The notes beneath the pieces are model-generated. The model was given only the letters and a program-made list of their open reading frames with translations. It made no database searches and had not been told where the DNA came from. Shown in pieces: positions 1 to 8,880 of a stretch of DNA of 59,637 nt. Source of the DNA: a virus. The DNA lies in the IMG/VR virus record IMGVR_UViG_3300037851_000119, positions 1 through 59,637 of that record; one strand, given 5' to 3'. The position numbers and the translations under genes were made by a program. Every line of letters starts with the position of its first letter. Within the stretch, counting starts at the first letter, position 1.

Positions 1-127
1 GCCTCTGCTTAAGGAGTAGCAAATGCCTGACATCATCCAGAACGGCGCCCAGGTGCGCCTGATCGTGCCCGTCATCGAGGGCGAGGTTAAGGAAGCCGCC
101 ATCATTTCAGGCGAGATCCAGTACCGG
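1..127. repeat. Terminal overlap. Bases 1-127 are identical to 59511-59637, indicating a circular or permuted assembly.
   Basis: Direct comparison of the first and last 127 nt shows an exact match. Confidence 0.95.
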
Positions 128-202
128 GTCGAGTACGTCGATCAGAACGGCGACACCCAGGAGCGGTTCTTCCCCGCCTCCTCGCTAGAACTCATCCCCT
201 GA
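23..202 (+). CDS. Small hypothetical virion-module protein (59 aa)
   Basis: ATG at 23 follows AAGGAG (11-16). Stop is TGA 200-202. The ORF falls below the 60-aa cutoff of the ORF track. No family recognised. Confidence 0.6.
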   Translation: MPDIIQNGAQVRLIVPVIEGEVKEAAIISGEIQYRVEYVDQNGDTQERFFPASSLELIP

Positions 203-273
203 TAGAGGCGCCCTGCATAGCGAACTGGTGAGGTAATCGCCATGTAGGGCACTCATAGGGCTGCGGGGTCTAT

Positions 274-2574
274 ATGGCCATTCAGTATGTAGGCGGTGTA
301 GCGGGTGGCCGTGCTGGCGCGACCAGCACCACAACGCAGTCCATTAGCGGGACGCTGACTGGCGGCCTCGCTTCATCGCCTTCTCCAGGCGATATTGTTG
401 TCGTCTGGTGTAGTGCTGGCGCGGACACCACTGCCGCTCCGAATCAGACGGTATCAGGTAACAATAGCGGTGCGTACAGTAACGAGACTCTACAGTCTCA
501 GCTAGGCACGACCTACGATGCCTACGCGCAACTCAACTGGAAGGTTCAGGGCTCGACGGTCGATACGACCATTACGATCCCGTCATCTGGGAATGCACGT
601 AACGCACAACGGTGGGCGATCCACGTTTTCCGGGGCGTAGATTCCACAACCCCGTGGGATGTCACGTCCACAACTGCGAGTGGCACGGCATCAGGCAGGC
701 CCAATCCGCCGTCGATCACACCGTCTTCAACCGGCGCATGGATTCTCTGGCTCGGCCATTCTGCTGCCGCAACAGGTACGGCCTATACCGCACCGACCGA
801 CTTCTCGGCAGACTGGCTAGGTGGCACAACGGCGGATACCGCCGACTGTATGGACGGGTTCGGCTACTACACCGGCTGGACTTCCGGGGCCTACGACCCT
901 GCCGCCATTACTGCGGGTGGAACGACCAATTCGGCGGATGCCTGGGTCGCCAAGACTGCGGTATTGAGGCCCGGGTCGATCACGGCAGGCGTTACCGAGT
1001 CAGTCACGGCGTCCGAGAGCGGAGATGCGACAGGATCCTACGGAGTCAGCGCATCCGAGTCCGTCACGGCAGCAGAGTCGTCAAGTGCAGGCGGCGCAGC
1101 AAGCGGTGTAGTAACCGAAACAGTCACGGCCGCCGAGTCAGCAAGCGCGGGCTCTGCGGCAACAGCAAGCGCGACAGAGACGGTATCCGCGTCAGACAGC
1201 GCCAATGCGCTTGTGGTCAAGCTGGCTGATGTCACAGAGACGGTTTCCGCCGTCGAGACGCAGGCCAGCGGGAAGACTACGCCTGCCGCAGCAACAGAGG
1301 CCGTTTCCGCGGCGGAGAGCCAGGATCGGGTCGCTACCTACCCAGCAAGCGTGTCAGAGCCCGTCACGGCATCTGATAGCGGTAGTGCGTCGAAGGTCGC
1401 TGTAGCTTCCGCCAGCGAGGCCGTGACGGCCGCTGAAAGCAGTAACAGAACCAAGGCCACCAACGCCTCCTCGACAGAGACGGTAGCGGCATCCGACACG
1501 GCGAGCGCCGACTCCTGGCTCTCGGACGAGGCCCTGTTCGAGATCACGAACGCCGTCAACGGCCGTGGCCTGAACACGACCGCGATCAACAACAAGGGAC
1601 AGGCCTCCGGACAATACTATGCCGGCGTCATCGAGACATTCACGGCCGCAGAGACGAGCAACGGCGTTCGCCTCGTAACCCGCGGTGTCACAGAGACGGT
1701 GACGGCCGCCGAGGCGGTGTCGGCGACAGTCGTTCGGGTGGCCGGAGTCACCGAGGCATCGACGGCGACCGCAACCGAGTCCGTGATCCTGGCCGCCGTG
1801 GCCACCGTCACGGAGCCGGTGACGGCTGCCGAGACGAGCAACCGCACCATGCAGGCCGTCCGTTCCGTCACGGAGCCTGTCAGCGCCACGGATGCCCAGG
1901 CCGCGTCATTCGTTGCGACCGGATCTGCTACCGAGACTGTTTCGGCTAACGATAGCCGATCGGCATCCTTTGTCGCCGTGGCCAGCGCCACGGAGACGGT
2001 GACGGCCGCCGAGACATCGAACAGGACGATGCAGGCCGTGAGGTCTGTATCCGAGCCGGTGACGGCCGCGGAGACGGTTTCCGGTGTCTCGAACCGTGTC
2101 GCCGGAGTCACCGAGACGGTCAGCGCGACATCCTTCGAGAACGGCGGGTCGCTTGCTACCGCATCTCGATCTGAGCCGGTTACTGCCTCAGACTTCGTGA
2201 ACGGCGGGACGCTTATCATCGCCGACAGATCCGAGGCCGTGACGGCTGGCGACAACACAGACCGGCTTCTGACGCGCTACGACTATGTGTTCGAGGCAGT
2301 CAACGCCGACGATGTGGCAGACCGGATCAGGACGGCGCATGTAGAGGCCGTCGAGGCCATCGTCTTGGAAGACTGGATCGACAGCCTCCGGATTCCGCCC
2401 TATGGCGACCTTGTTCCGGATGGCGTCTATTCCGGCCTGTCTGGCGCTGTTATCCATGCAGGATTTACTCATGGCGGCCAGTACGCAGGCCTTTCCGGAT
2501 CATGGCAGACAGGAAACCTCACGCCGGCAGGCTCGTATGCTGGCCTATACCCGAAAATCAGCCAGCAGAATTGA
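274..2574 (+). CDS. Repeat-rich tail/fibre-like structural protein (766 aa)
   Basis: Long ORF in the fibre gene block. An N-terminal part of about 230 aa looks globular, followed by 22 copies of a 20-aa T/S/A/E/V-rich repeat. Confidence 0.7.
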   Translation: MAIQYVGGVAGGRAGATSTTTQSISGTLTGGLASSPSPGDIVVVWCSAGADTTAAPNQTVSGNNSGAYSNETLQSQLGTTYDAYAQLNWKVQGSTVDTTITIPSSGNARNAQRWAIHVFRGVDSTTPWDVTSTTASGTASGRPNPPSITPSSTGAWILWLGHSAAATGTAYTAPTDFSADWLGGTTADTADCMDGFGYYTGWTSGAYDPAAITAGGTTNSADAWVAKTAVLRPGSITAGVTESVTASESGDATGSYGVSASESVTAAESSSAGGAASGVVTETVTAAESASAGSAATASATETVSASDSANALVVKLADVTETVSAVETQASGKTTPAAATEAVSAAESQDRVATYPASVSEPVTASDSGSASKVAVASASEAVTAAESSNRTKATNASSTETVAASDTASADSWLSDEALFEITNAVNGRGLNTTAINNKGQASGQYYAGVIETFTAAETSNGVRLVTRGVTETVTAAEAVSATVVRVAGVTEASTATATESVILAAVATVTEPVTAAETSNRTMQAVRSVTEPVSATDAQAASFVATGSATETVSANDSRSASFVAVASATETVTAAETSNRTMQAVRSVSEPVTAAETVSGVSNRVAGVTETVSATSFENGGSLATASRSEPVTASDFVNGGTLIIADRSEAVTAGDNTDRLLTRYDYVFEAVNADDVADRIRTAHVEAVEAIVLEDWIDSLRIPPYGDLVPDGVYSGLSGAVIHAGFTHGGQYAGLSGSWQTGNLTPAGSYAGLYPKISQQN
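991..1530 (+). repeat. Tandem array 1: nine in-phase 60-nt (20-aa) coding repeats
   Basis: The gt(c/g)acggc-type core recurs at 1003, 1063, 1123, 1183, 1243, 1303, 1363, 1423 and 1483. Confidence 0.85.
1627..2406 (+). repeat. Tandem array 2: thirteen in-phase 60-nt (20-aa) coding repeats
   Basis: The core recurs every 60 nt from 1639 to about 2360. Units such as TAAETSNRTMQAVRSV repeat at protein level with synonymous DNA differences. Confidence 0.85.
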
Positions 2575-2586
2575 TAGAGGCCGCCC

Positions 2587-3177
2587 ATGGGTTTGACGCT
2601 CCAGATCCCTATTGCAACTGCCAGGACGATCCTGAACGACCTCGCTTCCGACCGCTATTCGGACGCCGACCTGTTGCAGTACGGGAACGATGCCCTGGAC
2701 ATGATGCTTCCGCTTGTCCCGCACCTCTTCTATGCGGAAGGCGAGATCGAGTGCATCCCGACCCAGGCCATGCAGGCCGTCTCCTACGACGATGCTGCAT
2801 CCCTGGTGATGATCAAGCGCATCAAGGGCGGTGGCGTTGTGCTGCGCGGAAGCAAGGACGCTCTTGATCGCTACGACCCGAACTGGATGGCCGGTGCGAC
2901 TGGCGCGGCCGTCAACTGGTTCCCTGTCGAAAACGACCCAATGCGGTTCTGGATCTACCCGCCTGCGCCAGCTACCCAGCAGATCCTTGAGTGCATCTAC
3001 GTCAGGATCCCACCGGAGTATGCCGTCGATGCCGACACTGGCATCCCGCTCCATTACTCAGACCCGATCGCCGACTACATCGTGTACAGAGCCGAGACGC
3101 GAGACGACGAGCATGTGAACAGTAACCGGGCGGCGCAGTTCTTGCAGTCGTTCGGCGCGAAAGTGAAAGGGGCGTAA
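2587..3177 (+). CDS. Virion structural protein, adaptor-like
   Basis: 196-aa ORF after AGAGG. Its position next to the fibre gene suggests an adaptor role. Function is inferred from position only. Confidence 0.5.
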   Translation: MGLTLQIPIATARTILNDLASDRYSDADLLQYGNDALDMMLPLVPHLFYAEGEIECIPTQAMQAVSYDDAASLVMIKRIKGGGVVLRGSKDALDRYDPNWMAGATGAAVNWFPVENDPMRFWIYPPAPATQQILECIYVRIPPEYAVDADTGIPLHYSDPIADYIVYRAETRDDEHVNSNRAAQFLQSFGAKVKGA

Positions 3178-3180
3178 GCC

Positions 3181-4272
3181 ATGTACCAGCAATTCAAGAA
3201 CAATGCCTTCTCCGCCCTGGCCGGGTCGTTGACCAACGTGGCCACGACCATGACGGTGCAGACCGGGCACGGCGACCGCTTCCCGCAGATCACGGCCCCG
3301 AACTACGCTTACGTTACCTTGCAGGACTCGAGCAACAACATCGAGATCGTGAAGGTAACTGCCCGCGCCGCCGCGTCTGACTCCATGACGATCACGCGAG
3401 CCCAGGAGGGCACGGCAGCCCGGGCCTGGAACATCGGTGACATCGTTGAGTTGCGCGTCACGGCGGCCGGCTTGAGCCAGATGGCAACGCTCGATGACCC
3501 GGAGACGCTGAACAATAAGACGCTGGCCAGCCCGACGATCAACACGCCGACGATCAACACGCCGACGATCACCGTGAACGACACCGGGCTCACAATTCAG
3601 GACAGCACAGATAACACCAAGAAGGCGGTGTTCGAGTGTTCTGGCATCACAACCGCCACCACCAGAACCTACACCCTGCCAAACATCAGCGGAACCCTGG
3701 CTGCCACGGCCAACACCGCCCAGACCTTCTCCGGAATCACGACATTCTCAAATGCAACGGTGACTGTCGGCAGCAGCACGGCGGCATCAACCTACGGACT
3801 TGGCACGGGCGCCACCCTCACGGCCACAACGAAAACGGTCAACATCGGCACAGCCGGTGTCTCCGGCTCGACAACGAACATCAACGTCGGCTCTGCGGTG
3901 TCCGGGGCGACATCGAACTTGGCGGTTGACGCCATCGGAACCTACAACAAGGCCCAGCGCGGAACCATCTCCACCCTGACGGACGGGGTGACGATCACGC
4001 CTGACTTCGCCGTGGCAAACAACTTCACGGTGACGCTGGGTGGAAACCGCACCCTTGCGAACCCGACCAATCTGGTGGCTGGGCAGAGCGGCTACATCGT
4101 CGTGCGCCAGGACGCCACCGGCAGCCGCACCCTGGCCTTTGACACCTACTGGAAAACGCCATCTGGTGTCGATCCGGTTCTGACCACCACCGCCAGCGCG
4201 ATTGACGTTCTTGGATACCTTGTCATCTCTGCGACCGAAATCCTAATAAATGCTGCTCTGGACATGAAATGA
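3181..4272 (+). CDS. Tail fibre protein
   Basis: 363-aa ORF rich in T/S/G/N, with a PTINTPTINTPTI repeat. It lies directly upstream of the tail-collar genes. Confidence 0.65.
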   Translation: MYQQFKNNAFSALAGSLTNVATTMTVQTGHGDRFPQITAPNYAYVTLQDSSNNIEIVKVTARAAASDSMTITRAQEGTAARAWNIGDIVELRVTAAGLSQMATLDDPETLNNKTLASPTINTPTINTPTITVNDTGLTIQDSTDNTKKAVFECSGITTATTRTYTLPNISGTLAATANTAQTFSGITTFSNATVTVGSSTAASTYGLGTGATLTATTKTVNIGTAGVSGSTTNINVGSAVSGATSNLAVDAIGTYNKAQRGTISTLTDGVTITPDFAVANNFTVTLGGNRTLANPTNLVAGQSGYIVVRQDATGSRTLAFDTYWKTPSGVDPVLTTTASAIDVLGYLVISATEILINAALDMK

Positions 4273-4769
4273 GTATTATCGCTGCGGTTTTTCCGCTTGG
4301 GATGACAGGGAAAATAGTCGAGCCCATTGGTTCGATTGTCTTGCTTGCGTCCTCGACAGTACCGACTGGATATTTGGAATGTAATGGCGCTGCGATCTCA
4401 AGGACGACCTACGCCACCTTGTTTGCCGTTCTCGGTACGACCTGGGGCGCTGGTGATGGCAGTACGACATTCAACCTTCCGGATTTGCGAGGCGAGTTCA
4501 TAAAAGGCTCGGCAACAATATCGTCAGGTCTTGTGTCGCAAGATGACGCGATTGTGAACATGACCGGCACGATTACAGTCGTAAACCAACCGTTCTTGAC
4601 TGGATCTGGTGTGTTCTCTGTCGGCGGTGCGACAACTAGGTATCAATACAACAGCAACCCGATTACGCAAGTAACCTATATGAACTTTGATGCGTCCAGA
4701 TGGGCCCGCACATCAACAGAAAATAGGGCCAGGAACAAAGCCGTAATGTGCTGCGTGAGGTACACCTGA
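4269..4769 (+). CDS. Phage tail-collar domain protein, paralog 1
   Basis: Motif GYLECNGAAISRTTYATLFAVLGTTWGAGDGSTTFNLPDLRGEF. Start overlaps the fibre gene stop. Confidence 0.8.
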   Translation: MSIIAAVFPLGMTGKIVEPIGSIVLLASSTVPTGYLECNGAAISRTTYATLFAVLGTTWGAGDGSTTFNLPDLRGEFIKGSATISSGLVSQDDAIVNMTGTITVVNQPFLTGSGVFSVGGATTRYQYNSNPITQVTYMNFDASRWARTSTENRARNKAVMCCVRYT

Positions 4770-5269
4770 TGAATGTCGGATTTGTGTTGATGGTGGCTTC
4801 TTCCACGATTCCAGCCGGATTCTTGGAGTGCAATGGCGCGGCAGTTTCTAGGACGACCTACGCAAGCCTGTTTTCCGCCATCGGAACGACATGGGGCTCC
4901 GGAGACGGAAGTACCACGTTTAATCTTCCTGATTTACGCGGTGAGTTTATTCGCGGCTGGGATCATGGCCGTGGCCGGGATCTCCACGCCGCCACCAGAA
5001 CAGGCGGTGATGCGGTAGGGTCAAGCCAACTTGACTCTATTCAGAATTTCACCGGGACTTCTGGGATCGGCTATATGGGCCACAACCTAGCCGGTACGCA
5101 GGACAACGCATTTTACGCCGGGCCAAGCGGATCACGTTGGCAGATTGGGGCAACCGCAACCTCTGGAAATAGTGTGGCTGAATTTGACAGCAGCCTTGAG
5201 GTCGCAAGTTCAACAGAAACGCGGCCGAGTAATAAGTATGTTCAGTATTGCATTAAGGCGATCCCATGA
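4769..5269 (+). CDS. Phage tail-collar domain protein, paralog 2
   Basis: Motif GFLECNGAAVSRTTYASLFSAIGTTWGSGDGSTTFNLPDLRGEF. ATG 4769 overlaps the paralog 1 stop (TGATG). A GTG at 4748 is an alternative start. Confidence 0.8.
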   Translation: MNVGFVLMVASSTIPAGFLECNGAAVSRTTYASLFSAIGTTWGSGDGSTTFNLPDLRGEFIRGWDHGRGRDLHAATRTGGDAVGSSQLDSIQNFTGTSGIGYMGHNLAGTQDNAFYAGPSGSRWQIGATATSGNSVAEFDSSLEVASSTETRPSNKYVQYCIKAIP

Positions 5270-5751
5270 AAGCCGGTGACATCATACTCTTTGGCGGAAC
5301 CGCACTTCCGGCCGGATATTTATTCTGCGATGGGAGCGCGGTATCCAGGACTTCCTACGCGAATTTGTTTGCGGCGATTGGTACTGCATGGGGGGCTGGT
5401 GACGGCAGCACCACATTCAATATCCCAGATATGCGGGGCTATTTCGCCCGTGGGTGGAATCACTCCAGCGGAAACGATCCGGATAGCGCGACAAGAACTG
5501 GCGGAGACGCTGTTGGATCAAGCCAGACATCAGCGCAACAGCGGGTATATGGGGCCTATAGCGTCAACTATTCTCCTCTGTCTGGTGGATCTGGGTCTTT
5601 CACCACAAGTTCATCCACAAGCAGGCAAACATCAACGAATAACTCTGCAACGCTCAATTCTACTTGTTCTGTTAATGCTTCATCTCAAATACGGACGGCG
5701 GCAAGCGTTCAGGTTCGCAACAAAGCGGTCAACCACATCATAAAATTCTAG
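5266..5751 (+). CDS. Phage tail-collar domain protein, paralog 3
   Basis: Motif GYLFCDGSAVSRTSYANLFAAIGTAWGAGDGSTTFNIPDMRGYF. Start overlaps the previous gene by 4 nt. Confidence 0.8.
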   Translation: MKAGDIILFGGTALPAGYLFCDGSAVSRTSYANLFAAIGTAWGAGDGSTTFNIPDMRGYFARGWNHSSGNDPDSATRTGGDAVGSSQTSAQQRVYGAYSVNYSPLSGGSGSFTTSSSTSRQTSTNNSATLNSTCSVNASSQIRTAASVQVRNKAVNHIIKF

Positions 5752-5760
5752 GAGTCTAAG

Positions 5761-6405
5761 ATGCTTGTATTCCAAACCGATGCAGACGGATTCTTTGCGG
5801 GGGCAGTTCAGGCGAACGAATCCCCGCTGGAGCCCGGGGTTTTCCTTATCCCTGGCGGATGCGTGTCTGAGGCGCCCCCGGCTTGTGGTGAGTACGAAGC
5901 AGCCAGACTCGTCAATGGCGCGTGGGCCGTAGTCCCTGATTACGCCGGCGTTAGTTACTGGATGCCGGATCGAACCAAAGGAATAGTGCGCGACCGCGGC
6001 GTGCCGCTTCCTGTCGGCGCGGCATTGACTGAGCCGCCACTCACTATCGGTGAGTTGAAGGACATAAAACGGGCGGAGATCAATCTTGCCCGTGATTCAG
6101 AAGAAGCAGCCGGCTTCGACTACCTTGGCAAGCGGCTTGACTCAGACGCCCAGGCCATTAAGCGCCTGTACGGCGCCGCGATGGCGGCGCAGGCTGCCAT
6201 TGCTGGCGGTATGCCGGCCGGAAACTTCATGGTGACTTGGACGTGCGCGGACGGTACGACTGTCGATATGACCTACGCCGAGGCCGCTGCCGTGCCCGTC
6301 ACGATGGCGCAGGTATCTGGCGCCCTGCATGTCAAGGCCAGGACGCTCAAGCAGCAGATCGACGCCGCGACAACCGAAGCGCAAGTCGAGGCTATCACTT
6401 GGTAA
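5761..6405 (+). CDS. Fibre-associated protein, DUF4376-like C-terminus
   Basis: TAGGAG lies upstream of the ATG. The C-terminal half resembles DUF4376 as I remember it from fibre-accessory proteins. Confidence 0.5.
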   Translation: MLVFQTDADGFFAGAVQANESPLEPGVFLIPGGCVSEAPPACGEYEAARLVNGAWAVVPDYAGVSYWMPDRTKGIVRDRGVPLPVGAALTEPPLTIGELKDIKRAEINLARDSEEAAGFDYLGKRLDSDAQAIKRLYGAAMAAQAAIAGGMPAGNFMVTWTCADGTTVDMTYAEAAAVPVTMAQVSGALHVKARTLKQQIDAATTEAQVEAITW

Positions 6406-6653
6406 AGAAGTACATCCTCAACGTCCTAGTCGCCATCGACCAGTTGGCGTCTGCCATTGTTGGCGGCGACCCGGACGAGACAATCTCATCTCGCCTCGGC
6501 AAGGCGTCGCGGGGTGACTACGGGCGGTTCCAGGCGTACTTCTGGCTTCCGCTCATGTGGCTAGTCGATCTTGTCTTCTTGCCTTTCGACGGGCCAAACC
6601 ATTGTGTGCGCCGCATCGAAGAGGATGAGGGCCGGAACGCTATAGAGGTGTAG
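6399..6653 (+). CDS. Small hypothetical membrane-like protein (possible TTG start)
   Basis: The frame reads KKYILNVLVAIDQLASAIVGGDPDETISSR. The upstream part of track ORF 6237-6653 overlaps the previous gene out of frame. Start is uncertain. Confidence 0.4.
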   Translation: MVKKYILNVLVAIDQLASAIVGGDPDETISSRLGKASRGDYGRFQAYFWLPLMWLVDLVFLPFDGPNHCVRRIEEDEGRNAIEV

Positions 6654-6655
6654 GC

Positions 6656-8686
6656 ATGGTCGCTTTCAGGATCACCGGGTTTGCTGGCATCGTTCCGAGG
6701 ACGGCGGATCGGCTGCTTCCTGACGCTGCCGCGCAGTTGGCCAACAACTGCGTCCTGACAAGCGGGGAACTCCAGCCGGCGTTCCAGAAGGAACTTGAGA
6801 CAGACCCGATCAAGCAGGGGCCGTACTTGACCATATTCAAGTCTGATGTCGGCTGGTTCACTTGGCCCTATGACGTAGATGTAGCCCGCTCCCCGTTGCA
6901 GGGTGAGCAGAAGTACGCCTTCACCGGAGACGGTGAGCCGCGCATGACAACTGACACCCTGGCTCCGAACGGCGGCAACAACGACTACCCGAAGTTGTGG
7001 CGTGTGCTGGGAATCCCGGCGCCGCAGACGGCTCCGACCGTCACGCCTTCTGGTGGGACTGGCGCAACGGTGAGCCGCTTCTATGCCTACACCTTCTATG
7101 ACGACTGGAATCAGGAGAGCGCACCGAGCCCGCTCACGGCTCTTCTGACAGGCAAGGTAGATGATACCTGGGCGGTGACGGGCATGGACGCTACGCCGCC
7201 GAACTCGGGCGACATCACGGCCTTGACCTACGCCAGCCAGACCGTGACGATCACCACCACCAACAAGCACTTCAACAGGGTTGGGGAGCAGATCACGATC
7301 GCCGGGGTGACGACCGTTACCAACGTGAACGGCACTTGGACGCTGACGGCCGTGAACTACACGACCAAGCAGATGTCGTTCGTCGTCACCGGGACGCCTA
7401 CTGGAACCTACAACAACACCACGGACGCCTCAGACACTTGGACGCGGAAAGCGCCGCACGGAACCAGCACGAAGCGACTGTACCGCACAGAAGGGACTTA
7501 TGGCCAGTTCCAGCTTGTTGCCGAAAACATCAGCGCGACAACCTTCAACGACAACATCGCGACCGCCAGCATCCCCGGCGATGAGTTGATCAGCGCGACC
7601 TGGGCGATGCCACCGGCGACCATGGGTGGAATAATCACCCTGCCTAACGGCTCGATGTGTGGATTCGACGGTAACGCTGTTTGCTTCTCTGAGCCCTACC
7701 AGCCTCACGCATGGCCGCCCGAGTACCAGATGCGGGTGGACTACCCGATTGTCGGGATCATGGCCTACGGCATGAACGTAGTTGCAGCGACAACCGGCAA
7801 CCCGTACATGATCACCGGCTACGACCCTGGCCAGATGTCCAGCCAGAAGATTGGCGTACCGTACCCATGCCTGTCGAAACGATCGCTAGTCGATCTTGGC
7901 AACGCAGTCGGGTACGCATCAAAGGACGGGTTCGTGACGATCGGTGAACCAGGGGCCGATATTGTCACGAAGAGTTGGTACACAGCGAACGAGTGGGGCG
8001 ACCTGAACCCTGACACGATGGTTTGCGCGGCGGCCAACGGCGGCCTGTATATCCTACATACCTACCGAGATGTGACGCGCATCCTGTTCTTCGACTTCTT
8101 GCACAACACGGGCCTGACGGTTCTAAACCACAGGGCTACCGACATCGTTGCAGACGCGACGACCGGGGATCTGTACTTATCCGCTACGAGTGACACAGGA
8201 AACGACGAGATCCACAGACTGCCGACGTATGGCGGCTACTACGACACAATGGAGTGGCACAGCAAGAATATTGTCCTGCCGGAGCCAATCAACCTTGGCG
8301 CCGCAAAGGTTGTGTTCTCGTCCAGATACACACAGGAACAGTACGATGCCATGCTTGCTGAGTACCAAGTGAAGCAGGCAGCGAACGTGGCCATCGTCGC
8401 TACAGGGAAAGTCTATGGCGCTCTGAACGCGAAACAGGTACACGGCATGATGGTCAACGGCTCGATTATTCAGAACATCCTGGCGCCGTCCACTGAGGCC
8501 CCCGGTGTCGAGTTCTCGTTGTTCGCAGACGGAGAACTGGTCGTCTCGAAGACCATGCTGACGCCGACCGCCTTCCGCCTGCCGTCCGGATACAAGAGCG
8601 ACCAGATCTCTGTCAAGGTATCCGGCCAGTCGGTTGTGCGGTCGATTGAGGTTGCCGAGACGATGATCGGCCTGAAAGGCGCGTGA
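6656..8686 (+). CDS. Large virion/tail structural protein (676 aa), possibly tail-tube or nozzle type
   Basis: GAGGTG lies upstream of the ATG. The ORF is long and sits in the tail block. Function is inferred from size and position. Confidence 0.5.
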   Translation: MVAFRITGFAGIVPRTADRLLPDAAAQLANNCVLTSGELQPAFQKELETDPIKQGPYLTIFKSDVGWFTWPYDVDVARSPLQGEQKYAFTGDGEPRMTTDTLAPNGGNNDYPKLWRVLGIPAPQTAPTVTPSGGTGATVSRFYAYTFYDDWNQESAPSPLTALLTGKVDDTWAVTGMDATPPNSGDITALTYASQTVTITTTNKHFNRVGEQITIAGVTTVTNVNGTWTLTAVNYTTKQMSFVVTGTPTGTYNNTTDASDTWTRKAPHGTSTKRLYRTEGTYGQFQLVAENISATTFNDNIATASIPGDELISATWAMPPATMGGIITLPNGSMCGFDGNAVCFSEPYQPHAWPPEYQMRVDYPIVGIMAYGMNVVAATTGNPYMITGYDPGQMSSQKIGVPYPCLSKRSLVDLGNAVGYASKDGFVTIGEPGADIVTKSWYTANEWGDLNPDTMVCAAANGGLYILHTYRDVTRILFFDFLHNTGLTVLNHRATDIVADATTGDLYLSATSDTGNDEIHRLPTYGGYYDTMEWHSKNIVLPEPINLGAAKVVFSSRYTQEQYDAMLAEYQVKQAANVAIVATGKVYGALNAKQVHGMMVNGSIIQNILAPSTEAPGVEFSLFADGELVVSKTMLTPTAFRLPSGYKSDQISVKVSGQSVVRSIEVAETMIGLKGA

Positions 8687-8880
8687 TGGCGAAGCGGGCG
8701 ATCCCACAGATACCTGTGTCATCCGTCGAGCATGGCCGTGTCGCCTTCGATCAGGCCATCAAGGAAGTTATCGAGGTCATCACCGGACGGCGCGGAGGGC
8801 AAATCCAGAAACTCTCTGCGGATGCTGGCCTGTCTGATGTCATAGCGAAAGTGAACGAGATCATCGAGAGGCTGCAATGA
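8686..8880 (+). CDS. Small hypothetical structural-module protein
   Basis: ATG overlaps the previous stop (TGATG). About 64 aa. Confidence 0.55.
   Translation: MAKRAIPQIPVSSVEHGRVAFDQAIKEVIEVITGRRGGQIQKLSADAGLSDVIAKVNEIIERLQ

Noticed and set aside
991-2406. CRISPR array or diversity-generating retroelement as an explanation for the regular repeats near the fibre genes.
   Set aside because: The repeats are contiguous, in frame and coding, with no spacers. No reverse transcriptase or template/variable repeat pair is present anywhere in the window.
6237-6398. The upstream part of track ORF 6237-6653.
   Set aside because: It overlaps the 5761-6405 gene out of frame with junk-like translation. 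Only the part after the neighbour's stop looks protein-like.
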